A program made the translations under genes and the position numbers. The notes beneath the pieces are model-generated. The model ran no database searches. It was given only the letters and a program-made list of their open reading frames with translations, and was not told where the DNA came from. Positions 52,756 to 64,000 of a DNA stretch of 64,000 nucleotides are shown here, piece by piece. This DNA comes from Antechinus flavipes (taxonomy: Eukaryota): contig NC_067400.1 of NCBI RefSeq assembly GCF_016432865.1, positions 426,746,001-426,810,000 on the forward strand, read 5' to 3'. Numbering within the stretch: the stretch's first letter is position 1; every line of letters starts with the position of its first letter.

Positions 52756-53349
52756 AGATTGTCCAGTTAGGCCTATGAAGGATGCATTAAATAAATCTAC
52801 ATTAGACTTTATGAAAGAACTAATGATGCTAAGATTGATATCTTAGGGGGAGAAAAAAGAAAAATGAAGTTTATATTCTGTGAAGATGGAGAAAGGCTAT
52901 CATTTCCAAAGAAGTCATTTGAAATTGTGACTTTCAATGACAAAGGAAAGCATGCTCTTAAATAATAGTACTTATATAGCACCTTAGGGTGTGTGAATTA
53001 CATTTTGTAGAGAGGAAAGAATGCTAGTTATATATTACAAGAAGCTCAAAGTTAGAAATGTCTAACATACCAAATCATAACAATATAAATGGATAGAGGA
53101 AAATCAAAACTGAATGCAAGTTATTAAGGACCAAATTTGGCTATGAAGAAGAGATATGAGGATGGATCTCCTTCACTTTAAAGAGGTGAAGAACTATGAC
53201 TATAGGACACTGCAAATACTCTTGGATTTGATTGATATATTTATTAGTCTTGCTGAACTGATTTTTCTCCATCTTTTATATTTTTTGTTATAAGGAGGTC
53301 CTATGAATAGGGATAGAAATACATTTGGAAATTGAAGTGATGAAAAATC

Positions 53350-53530
53350 AACAACTGTGCTAAGCACTTTACAAATATTATCTCATTTGATCCTCACAAC
53401 AGCCCTAGAAGGTAGATGCTATTATTATCTCCTTTTTATAGTTGGAGAAACTGAGGCAGGCAGAGATTAAATAACTCATTTAGGGTCACACAGTTATTAA
53501 GTATCTGAGGCTAGATACTTAATCTATCTG
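53350..53530 (-). mobile_element. MIR SINE
   Basis: gcactttacaaatattatctcatttgatcctcacaac...gaaactgaggcaggcagagattaaataac. Confidence 0.8.
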
Positions 53531-55519
53531 TTTCTATCTGTATCTATCTGATAGATACTCAGGTCTATCTGTTTCTAAGATTAGTGCTGTATTCACTGAA
53601 CCTCCTTAGAGACAGAAAGTTGAGTTCAAGCCTTAGCTTATTATATACTAGTTATATGACCATGAGCAAGTCATTGCTCTTTAAAGTTATAAATTATAGA
53701 TGGCATACATATCAAGACATCAGAAGTATAGATATCCTTCGTTTTCCCTTCTCAGAAAACACACAGAAGGTAGTCCATTAGAGGAGAGAGTTTTGCATCT
53801 GGAATCAGATCTGGGTTTAAATATTAGTTCCTAAATAAGTCGGGAGACCATATGCAATTCATTAATCTCTCTCTGCTTCAGTTTCTTCTACTATAAAATG
53901 GAGATAATAATTCTTATACTACCCACTTCACAGCTTTGTTGTGTAAAATGTATTTAAAATACTATATAAATGTGTGTTGTTATTATCAGGACAAGAGCCA
54001 AACTGTGTAGGTTTCAAGACACTCTACAATCTGGCCCCCAACCTAATCTCCCCACTCTCTCCCCTTATGCTCCTATAAAAAGATCTGTTCTAGCCAAATA
54101 ATAACAATTCACATTTATATAGAATTTAAAGATTTGCAAAGCACTTTCAACTTATCCCCAGAATAATTTATGAACACCCTGATTATAAGACTTGGCTTAC
54201 ACTTCCTAAATTACTCCCCCTACTCCTCGATTTATCTAACTCTGAGCAGTCCCTATCCAGCTAGCTCAAGTCCCTGCACCTCCTGAGAAACTTTCTTTGA
54301 CCCTTTTAAATCACCCATAATATCTCTAAAATTCTGCTCTCTGTACCATTCATTTAGCATGGAGCTCTATATTGTTTTCTGTTAGATGTATAGGTCTCAT
54401 CTCTCCAGCTGATTTATCGATTCTTTGAAGCCTTCTACCCTTTTGTATCTTGTTTCTCCTGGCACACACAGTATCTTGTATAGAGGAGATACTCAATAAA
54501 CATTTGTTATTTGATTCTATTGAATCTCTGCCAGTTCTGTTGAATCTCAGTTGTCCAAGACCCAGTCTTGGCAAGTCACTGACATTGTTTAGAAAAGATA
54601 GCACCGGGTATCATCATCAAACTGATTGCATTGTAAAGCAACTCCCAATTTCTTTCTCACTAGGCAACCACAGTTAATGCTAGACAGACGTACAAACGAA
54701 GCATTTATCCAGCACTTACTATGTGCCAATCCCTGTGGTAAGCACTGGCTTTACAAAAACAAGATGGTCTCAAATCTCAAGGAGTTTACATTCTAATGAA
54801 GGAAGACAACACACAAAAGGAATACGGAAAAGGAAAAAGTAGGGAGGGAGGAGATTTGGCACAGGGGCTAGCCAGCTGGTGTGGAGGTGGAGTAAGACAG
54901 CCTAGAGAATGAGCTGAATTGAAGAAATGTTAAAAGTAAGAAGAGAGAGACTAGAAGGTAGAGAAGGCAGATTGAACAAACAGAAAGCTACAAAAGAGTC
55001 ATATATTTTAAATTACCATTCTCTACAAAATACCATAGTCTCAAATGAGGCATTATGGCATAATGCACAGAGTACCAACCACAGTCAGGTAGATCTGAAT
55101 TCAGATTCTGCCTCTGACACAAACTAAAGATGTTATCCTTGGCAAATTACTTAACTTCTCTGAGAGGCAACTCTAAGAATATAAATAGCAGAACAACTGC
55201 CACTGTGTATTGGTAGAGGGAATTTTCCTCAGAGATTTTCTGTACCAATGAAAATACAGGTGCAATCTTGTAGCATTCATTTCTCTATAATTGTATTTGT
55301 GTCCCAATGAAATGATTCTGGGACACAGACTCATTTTTTCTTACTCCAGGCTGATACCTATCAGTCCTAGGGGGGAAGGTTAGAATGTCATTTTTCCTTT
55401 TGTCATCAGCAATGTAGACATGTTTCTGTGCTTGCAATACAGGAGATAATAGAGTTGGGCAAGCAAAAAATACAGAATAGTCCTTTATTATTTCTTTACT
55501 TATTAATAATAATTCTGAT

Positions 55520-55880
55520 AGATTAGCCAGCTGGCACAGCAAATAGAACACTGAATCAGGAAGGACTGAGTTCAAATCCAACCTCAGACACTTATTAACT
55601 ATGTGGCCCTGGATAAATCACTTAATATCTGTTTCAGTTTTCTTATGTAAAACGAAGATAATAATAGCATCTACCTCCCAAGGATGTTGTGAAGATTAAA
55701 TGAAATATAATTTTAAGGTATTTGGCAGAGTCCATATGATAAGATATATATAATATATAATTTATATATAAATTATCATTATTATTTTCATCATTATTAT
55801 TAGGGTTATTAGGAGGTTCTAATGAGATATTTGTAAAAATCTTAGTACAGTGCCTGGTACATAATAAGCAATATATAAAT
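55520..55880 (+). mobile_element. MIR/MAR1-type SINE pieces
   Basis: ggaaggactgagttcaaatcc...ggataaatcacttaa...cagttttcttatgtaaaa; second tail at 55810-55880. Confidence 0.65.
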
Positions 55881-55984
55881 GCTATCATTATTTCTACTAA
55901 TATTAGTAGTGGCTGCTCAAGGAGAAATAGCTCTCTTCCCTGCACAATATAACCAAAGCTTTTCTTAAAAATTAAGGAACCTTT

Positions 55985-57085
55985 TCTGATAAAGGCCTCA
56001 TTTCCAAAATATATAGAGAACTGACTCAAATTTATAAAAAATCAAGCCATTCTCCAATTGATAAATGGTCAAAGGATATGAACAGACAATTTTCAGATGA
56101 AGAAATTGAAACTATTACCACTCACATGAAAGAGTGTTCCAAATCACTATTGATCAGAGAAATGCAAATTAAGACAACTCTGAGATATCACTACACACCT
56201 GTCAGATTGGCTAAGACAACAGGAAAAAATAATGATGAATGTTGGAGGGGATGCGGGAAAACGGGGACACTGATGCATTGTTGGTGGAGTTGTGAACGAA
56301 TCCAGCCATTCTGGAGAACAATCTGGAATTATGCCCAAAAAGTTATCAAACTGTGCATACCCTTTGATCCAGCAGTGTTTCTATTGGGCTTATACCCCAA
56401 AGAGATACTAAAAAAGGGAAAGGGACCTGTATGTGCCAAAATGTTTGTAGCAGCCCTGTTTGTAGTGGCTAGAAACTGGAAAATGAATGGATGCCCATCA
56501 ATTGGAGAATGGCTGGGTAAATTGTGGTATATGAATGTTATGGAATATTATTGCTCTGTAAGGAATGACCAGCAGGATGAATACAGAGAGGCTTGGAGAG
56601 ACCTACATGGACTGATGCTAAGTGAGAAGAGCAGAACCAGGAGATCATTATACACTTCGACAACGATATTGTATGAGGATGTATTCTGATGGAAGTGGAT
56701 TTATCTGACAAAGAGACTTAACTGAGTTTCATTGGATAAATGATGGACAGAAACAGCTACACCCAAAGAAGGAATACTGGGAAATGAATGTGAACTATTT
56801 GATTTTTGATTTTCTTCCCGAGTTATTTTTACCTTCTGAATCCAATTCTCCCTGTGCAGCAGGAGAACTGTTCGGTTCTGCAAATATGTATTGTATCTAG
56901 GATATACTGCAACATATTTAACATATATAGGACTGCTTGCCATCTTGCGGGGGGAGGAGGGGAGGAGGGAGGGAGGGGAAAAAATGAAACATAAGTGATT
57001 GCAAGGGATAATGCTGTGTAAAAATTATCCTGGCATGGATTCTGTCAATACAAAGTTATTATTAAATAAAATTAAATTTAAAAAA
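55985..57085 (+). mobile_element. Young 5'-truncated L1 (1.1 kb) with uninterrupted ORF2 C-terminus and 18-bp TSD
   Basis: ORF 56078..56689 contains the L1 ORF2 cysteine-rich C-terminus (CWRGCGKTGTLMHCWW...WYMNVMEYY). 3'UTR and poly-A present. TSD aaaaattaaggaaccttt at 55967-55984 and 57086-57103. Confidence 0.97.
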
Positions 57086-57109
57086 AAAAATTAAGGAACC
57101 TTTGAAGTC

Positions 57110-57965
57110 AACAATAAGATACAATGGACAAGAAAGCTTATGAACATTTAGGCTCCATGAAAAGATGCACAGAAAACAGAGGAATGAAGGTAATGGTTCT
57201 TCTATGCACTGCCCTGGAAACACCCTATCTGGAGTATTATGCTGAGGGTTAGTTGTCATATTTAGGTAAAACTTTGACAATTTGGAGAGCATCTAGTGGA
57301 ATGAATTAGCATTCCATAGGAATAATAAAAGTTGTAACCTCAAAGAGTTCTCGCTAAGGATCTGAGTTTATCTTTATTTCTTAATGATTTAAAGGTATAG
57401 ATGACATCCTTATCCAATTTATGTATAACACAAATGTGGGAGTCATAGCTAACGTACTGGATACAAGAATTGGGATTCAAAAAAGATTAACAAATAAGAT
57501 GAAATATAATAGGAATAAATGCATAATTGAACAGGTGGCATGAAGTTTATTCATGTCAGGTTTTTTTAGTGGTCTATATTTTCAGTCTGAGTCAGCAGTG
57601 TAATATGACATCCTTAAAGACAAATGTTACCTAATATTGCATTGAGAAAGACTGTCTTGCAAAAGGGAAATGATAGCTCAATTTTGCTCAATCCTGGAAA
57701 GTAGCATTTAGAATATTATGATTAAGTTTTGGGTATGAAATTTTAAAAAGGAGAAAATTCAGAGAAAGTTCACAGAATGGTAAAAGGTCTCAAGATCTGG
57801 CCAAATGAGAATAGACCAAAGGAATTGGGAGTGTTTAACCTGGAGGAGAAAAGATTTGAAGGAAGAGTGTTAGTAATCTTCAGATCTATGAAATATATGG
57901 AAGGGCAATTAGATATGTTTTTGTTTTGTTCCAAATAACAAAACTATGAACAATGGGTGATAGTT
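57110..57965 (+). mobile_element. CR1/L3 3' fragments
   Basis: cagtctgagtcagcagtgtaatatgaca, tttagaatattatgattaagttttggg, ggaattgggagtgtttaacctggaggagaaaagattt (CR1 ORF2 end). Confidence 0.75.
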
Positions 57966-58389
57966 ACAAAAAGGCAATTTTACATTCTAGGTACCACAGA
58001 GGAGATGAAGGTGATAATTGCAAAAAGGCAATTTTACGTTCTCTGTATCACAGAGGAGCTGAAGCCTCTATGACATCACATAGGCTTATTTTCTTGATAC
58101 AAATCTAGAGAATTTTGAGTAAATTAAATTATAAAATTATGTTATCCTCTATAAGAGCTGACCTGGTCTTCAATAAGAGTGTGGGAAGGTGGTACCATAG
58201 TATCAAGTAAAGAGATCAGTATGGACATTTGTAAATGGTTTCCCTCTAGATGTCCTAAAAAAATAATTCTAAGTTATTCATATTAAATTATCAAGAATGA
58301 TGATAGGTGAACTATCTTAGGCAATCATGAAATAAAAGCCTGAATGAGCAATTGTTGTTATTTTTCAGTCTAACTTTTCTCAACTCTAT

Positions 58390-58580
58390 TTTCTTGACAA
58401 AATTATTAGTGCCATTTCCTTCTTAAACTTATTTTACAGATGAGGAACTGAAGCAAATAGGACTAAGTTAGTAGCTCAGAGTCATACAACTAATAAATGT
58501 CTGAGGCCAGATTTGGAATCAGGAAGATGACTCTTTCTGACTCCAGGCCTATCAATCTATCTACTGTGCTTTAGCTGCCC
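58390..58580 (-). mobile_element. MAR1-type SINE
   Basis: gccatttccttct...tacagatgaggaactgaagcaaatagg...gtctgaggccagatttggaatcaggaagatga. Confidence 0.75.
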
Positions 58581-58887
58581 CAAATGAGCAATAGAGATTT
58601 GAATTATAATGAGTCCTCAGGTTTAAATTGAGTATATAGTCAAGGACAGATGGGTACCTATATAAGTACTTAAAGCACACAAACTGAAACATTTGTTAGC
58701 AATAAAGTACATATGACTAAATAATAAAAATCATCCAAATCAACTTTATATAACAAAGATTTAAATTTATTTTTCCTACTGTGAGAAAGAAGGTTGCTAG
58801 GAGAGTGTGATGAGAGAATTAAAGGCAGATAACAATACACTGGCAAATCTACTTAGTATGAGATGTAAAGATCTGCAGAGCAAGTTT

Positions 58888-59656
58888 TTTTTTTAATTTA
58901 AATTTTATTTTATTTAATAATAACTTTGTATTGACAGAATCCATGCCAGGATAATTCTTTTACAACATTATCCCTTGCACTCGCTTATGTTTCATTTTTT
59001 CCCCTCCCTCCCTTCACCCCCCTCCAAGATGGCAAGCAGTCCTATATATGTTAAATATGTTGCAGTATATCCTAGATACAATACATATTTGCAGAACCGA
59101 ACAGTTCTCCTGTTGCACAGGGAGAATTGGATTCAGAAGGTAAAAATAACTCGGGAAGAAAATCAAAAATGCAAATAGTTCACATTCATTTCCCAGTGTT
59201 CCTTCTTTGGGTGTAGCTGTTTCTGTCCATCATTTATCCATTGCAACTCAGTTAGGTCTCTTTCTCATAGAAATCCACTTCCATCAGAATACATCCTCAT
59301 ACAATATCGTTGTCAAAGTGTATAATGATCTCCTGGTTCTGCTCATCTCACTTAGCATCAGTCCATGTAGGTCTCTCCAAGCCTCTCTGTATTCCTCCTG
59401 CTGGTCATTCCTTACAGAGCAATAATATTCCATAACATTCATATACCACAATTTACCCAGCCATTCTCCAATTGATGGGCATCCATTCATTTTCCAGTTT
59501 CTAGCCACTACAAATAGGGCTGCCACAAACATTTTGGCACATACAGGTCCCTTTCCCTTCTTTAGTATCTCTTTGGGATATAAGCCCAATAGAAACACTG
59601 CTGGATCAAAGGGATGCACAGTTTGATAACTTTTTGGGCATAATTCCAGATTGCTA
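58888..59656 (-). mobile_element. Young 5'-truncated L1 (0.77 kb) with 12-bp TSD
   Basis: ORF 59284..59664 nearly identical to the C-terminal part of ORF 56078..56689. TSD cagagcaagttt at 58876-58887 and 59657-59668. Confidence 0.97.
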
Positions 59657-59826
59657 CAGAGCAAGTTTGGAAAAGAGAGAGAAGAATGAGAGGTTGTGAT
59701 ATTAAAGGAGATTTAACCTCAGACTCTGGTTACTGAAAATCAAAGCATTGACTTTATACTTATTTGAGAATAAGCTGCCAGAGCTATAAGTAAAGTGGTT
59801 TTGTCATTTGATATTAATCATCATAG

Positions 59827-60409
59827 TGATGGGGTTCTGGTGGCAGTCAGAGAGTTGTGGAAATCCCTTTTTGGTCAATGCAGGTCCTTCGTGAAAGAAT
59901 TCACCAACCTAAAGAGTTTTAGGTGGCAAAAATGGAAGTTTATTGTTGGATAAGAAGTCAGCTTTGCTAGAAAAACTGACTTCTTCAGTGGCAAAGTCCT
60001 ATTAGAGAAATGGAGTCTGGCATTGAGAAGAGAATATGTTCTCAGTGGACAGGAATGCCGGCAGGCAGCTATGCCCTACTCCAGACTTCTGCAAAGAAAT
60101 GAGTAAACAGAAATCTATTTTATGAGCAGATTTTGGCAGGGAGCTGTGGCAGTTTGAGCTGATCAGACCAAGATATCCCAAATGAAATTGCTTTGAAGGC
60201 TTCTTCAGCATGAATTTGAGTGGAGATCCAACTATCAACAGAGGTGATTTGCCTTAGAAATGGTCCAGTCAGATGACTGAATGACTCCACTTAACTTGTC
60301 TGGGGAGGGCCTGAGACTCAAATCTCCCTTATTTGCAGATCAAAGAATGCACAATTTTAGAGTGTTAATTTTACAGATCAAAAGGGAACACAGTTTCATA
60401 CCCCCATTA
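59827..60409 (-). mobile_element. Solo LTR (583 bp) with 4-bp TSD ATAG (ERV1-like)
   Basis: Inverted termini TGATGGGG...CCCCATTA (CA decayed to TA); atag at 59823-59826 and 60410-60413; TTTATT at 59939-59944. Confidence 0.85.
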
Positions 60410-60658
60410 ATAGGGTACCAGGGAAGGAGAGAATTGAGTTATATAGTGTCACCATGGATCCATTCCCATACCCCAGTGGAGCAACTCCTGCTTAGAAGAG
60501 AGATGCATAGAGATTTAATAATGAATCATTTCTTTATGCTTACTTTCCTTTCTCCTTTCATTGTCTGTAGTCTTTTATCTTCTCCAATATCTTTACCCCT
60601 GTCATCTACAATCTATACCTACCTTTTTCTCTTCCCTTCTCAGTATTTCTTCTCCCTA

Positions 60659-61262
60659 TGTTGGAATCCTTACAAAGTGTTAAGTCATTAGAATTGATAG
60701 AGACAATAATTATCTAATTTAGCATAGTTCAGTATGATTAATGTGATCCTACAGGGAGATGTTATGGGCCAGAACTTGAAACAAGGTACTAAGTGGAATT
60801 GATAGAAGCAGTGCTTGTGTGCTTGGATTTGCACCTTTAAGAATTCACACATTAGAGCTCACACCTTTGAGAGTTCACACATTAGCTCACACATTGGAGT
60901 TCACAAGTATGGGAGATACACAAAACTTTGTAACTTTGTGAGTTCACACCTCCCATAATCCCACTCTCAGAGGAGGAGTCAACCTTTGAGTTCACAGCTC
61001 TAAAAGAGCATAAAAAGGAGCTGAGTCAGTCATTTTGGAAGATTGCCAGGAGTCGGGAAAGCTAACAGGGCCCAAGGAAAGAGACAATATTTGGAAGGAG
61101 AAAATACACGTTTGAATTTTATCAGCTGGCTGTATTTGAGGTGATTATTACTCTGAACCGAAACTAAGGCTGCCTCCAGAAAACCTCCCCAAGAAACCTG
61201 CTCCCAGAGAATCATCATATATATATATATATATGTATTATTTAAAAGAAGAGAACACCACA
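60659..61262 (+). mobile_element. Solo LTR with duplicated 5' head, TSD tccctR
   Basis: TG...CA termini; tcccta at 60653-60658 and tccctg at 61263-61268; internal second head TGTTATGGGCCAGAACTTGAA at 60760 identical to the start of the 26217 LTR; 3' part shared with it. Confidence 0.8.
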
Positions 61263-61654
61263 TCCCTGCCTCCATACCTTTTACTGCTTCTCTCTGACAG
61301 ACTCAGTTTGCTCTTTCAATTTGCTCAAGCCTATGATAAGAAAGCTGAGAATGAAAAAGCACTTAAATTAAGATAGGGGAGATGCTAAATAAGTAATTGT
61401 TTTAATCAACAAATATTCGTGTATTATGGACAAGGTACTGTGATAAGAATTGATGAGGATACTAAGACATACAAATCACAAAATTTGATTATTGAAAAAA
61501 ACCTCAGCAGTTAGCCAATCCAACCCCTACACAAAAGGAATCCTCACTATGACAAGTTCAAAAAGAGGTCATCTAGCCTCTGCTCGAAGATCTTTGGGGA
61601 AGAAGAAGCTTCTACCTCCCTATGCAGCCCATTCTACTTTTGTACAACACTCAT

Positions 61655-61860
61655 GGTTAGAATGGCTAGATGGTGTAGTGGATAGAGTGCTAGGCCTCAG
61701 ACACTTACTACCTGTGTGACCCTGTGCAAGTCACTTAATCCTGTTTGCCTCAGTTTCCTCATATGTAAAATGAGCTGGGAAGGAAATGGCAAAATACTCC
61801 ATAGCTTTTGATAAGAAAATCCCAAAAATCACATCCCTGAAACAACTGAACAATAATAAA
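61655..61860 (+). mobile_element. MAR1-type SINE
   Basis: ggctagatggtgtagtggatagagtgctaggcctcagacac...gcctcagtttcctcatatgtaaaatgagctgg...ggaaatggcaaaatactcc. Confidence 0.85.
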
Positions 61861-62104
61861 CAACAAAAATGCTTAGGGAATTTTTTTTTCTGACAATTAC
61901 CATAAATCAGCATCTTTGCAATTGGTTCTGTCTTCTGGGATCAAAAAGAAACAGCCCAATCTTTCCTCCACACAATAGCACTTCCTTCAGTTTAAGATCA
62001 CTGTTTTGTCTTCCTGAGGAAACAGATTCCCAGATCCTCCAAATGATTTCCGCATGGTATGTGTCCAAGACCTCTGGACATTCTCTAATTTATCAACATT
62101 CTTC

Positions 62105-62530
62105 TTAAACTGTGAAGCTCAGAAGTGAATCCATTACTCTGCATGAGATCTGATTAGTACAGGACACAGTGGGAAACCATCTCCCTGTTTCCAGAATCTA
62201 GGCTACTTTTAATGGAGCCTGAGATTGAATTAACTTTTTTTTTCACTGCCACATTCCACTGCTGACTCATATTGAACTTACAATTCACTTAAGTCTCTAG
62301 ACAACTGCTGCTTGATCATCCTTCCCCTATTTGTACTTGTGAAGTTGATTTTTTATAACAATGGAAGACTTTATATCTATTCTTTTTGAATTTAATCATA
62401 CTCAATTCAGCACATTGCTCCAGCCTGTCAGAAGCATTTTAGATCTTTTACTCTGTAATCCAGAATGTCAGTCCTGCCTCCCAGCTTTTTGTGAGTTTGA
62501 TGAGCATGCCATCTGTACTTTTATTCAAAT
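62105..62530 (-). mobile_element. CR1/L3 fragment, probably continuing at ~63290-63480
   Basis: ccacattccactgctgactcatattgaac...ctcccagctttttgtgagtttgatgagcatgccatctgtac, the reverse complement of CR1 RT-end motifs. Confidence 0.7.
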
Positions 62531-63553
62531 GTGATAGGAGCAATATTTTTTAGGCCCTACACAAGTAGACTGGATAAGCTTTTCCTGGGGCCCTACCCCC
62601 ACATAGGTTAGAGTACTTCTCACCCTGGAAAATTCCTGTGCTGTGCTGATCCCTTTCTCTCACTAAAGAGTTCTTTCAAGTTCCTCCATTTTAAGGAGGT
62701 GTATAAGTCAAAGAACCTTCATTTTTTTTTCTCCCAGCTATGACACCATAGCTCAGCTGCAATCTCTGGTAGGAACTTCCTTTAGAGCCTGAGACGTCCT
62801 TATCCTGGAATGGCCTGAGGCCTTCTCACCCTGGAAGATCCTTTTGTTTCTCTTCCCATTACTGAATTCCTTGTTAGAAGAGAGTCATAAACCAAACAAC
62901 TTTCATTCCCCTCCCAATTATGCTTCTGACTTTATAGATATCATCACCATGTCTTTGTGCACACAATATGCTCCACCATTCCTTTTTCACTTTCTTTTTT
63001 GTGTTCTCTTCCCTGCCCAGTAGAAGGTAAATTTGTTGAGGTTCAAAATTGTCTTGTTTTGACTATTAGAAACCCCAGTTCCTGACACATAGTAAATACC
63101 AAATAAATGCTGTTTGCCTTGCCTTGCCTTTTCCACAAAAGGAAACTTTTCTTAGGATTTGATTAGCTCATGTGAGTGAGATGGCTTTTTGGTAACATAA
63201 ATATAAAAGATCACAGTGAACTCTAGCTCTTTCTGAAACTTCTAATCATTGACAGATGAATCAGTGTGATATTGACTCTGAATATCCTTGATGAAGACCA
63301 TTTTTGTCCAGTTTTGCTCCAATATAAGACAAAAACTACCAGGGATCTAATTAATTCTAGCCCATGATACCAAGTTGTTGATAAAAATGTTGAACAACAT
63401 AGGGCCAAGTACAAATCCATAAAGTGCTCTACTTAAGAAATCCTACTATGATGACTTTGAAGTATCAGTCATTATTCAAATGAGAAAATATCTATAATTT
63501 GTGTAACCTGGTGACTGGCACATAACAGGTACTTAACAATGCTTGTTTTATTA

Positions 63554-64000
63554 TGCCACAGTTCTCTTTTATTGTCCTGACTCAGTTTCCCTAATTATCC
63601 TGACCTAGTCCTGACTCAGTTTCTCTAATTGTTCTGCTTCAGTTTATAATTATCAGCTCAAAGCTCAGTCCTGCAAAATCTCTCCTTCCTCTTTATCAGA
63701 ATATTTGAAAAGGAAAAAAGATCTTATGTTTTAGAATATCAGAATGCTTCTTCGCATCCCAAGCTATCCAAATGTCAGATACCATCTTATCAAGATGCCT
63801 CTCCCCATCTCCAGGGTGTCTCCCCCCATTATGTCATCCCCATCTCTGATGGCTCAGCTCACCCTGCAGTCCAATTCTGCACTCTGACTCCGCCCTTGCC
63901 TCAATCTACCCCCTGAGTCTGAGCTATCTGAATATATGTCATTGAGAACTCACATTGTTTGCTGGATTTTTGGAGATGATAGTCTCATTCAGTCCTGGGA
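63554..64000 (+). mobile_element. LTR, truncated by the window edge; same family as 41104-41656
   Basis: Starts TGCCACAG; U3 has short direct repeats; end segment matches the reverse complement of 41240-41290. Confidence 0.75.

Noticed and set aside
56078-56689. Longest ORF (203 aa) and its inverted near-copy 59284..59664 as host genes
   Set aside because: Both are the L1 ORF2 C-terminus inside TSD-flanked, 5'-truncated L1 insertions.
2631-64000. GALNT3 exons or promoter, expected downstream of TTC21B from human synteny
   Set aside because: No CpG island and no GALNT-like peptide in any ORF; the gene presumably starts beyond the window.

Overview
AT-rich, CpG-depleted mammalian genomic DNA. 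The repeat content (WSINE1-type SINEs, MAR1/MIR, marsupial L1, BovB-like RTE) points to a marsupial, probably a dasyurid; the species is an inference. The only host gene I can support is the 3' end of TTC21B (IFT139) on the + strand: a 68-bp coding exon (355-422), the terminal coding exon (2057-2134) and a short 3'UTR with two AATAAA signals. The other ~61 kb is repeat-dense intergenic DNA with L1, L2, CR1, BovB/RTE, SINEs, DNA-transposon relics, at least six LTRs, microsatellites and one 149-N assembly gap. Human synteny predicts GALNT3 next, but no exon of it is visible. The most unusual structures are: (1) two near-consensus RFX X-boxes within 390 bp, 8 kb downstream of a ciliary IFT gene; (2) a 941-bp retroviral env-remnant + PPT + LTR cassette that lacks a 5' LTR yet has TG...CA ends and a 6-bp TSD, with two internal triplications; (3) a single BovB-like insertion with an inverted 5' part; (4) two young L1 3' ends forming a tail-to-tail inverted repeat; (5) a ~390-bp old inverted duplication; (6) smaller local duplications and a template-switch-like footprint. 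I see no compelling new multi-gene system. Repeat family names come from recalled consensus motifs, not a database search, and repeat boundaries without a TSD are approximate.
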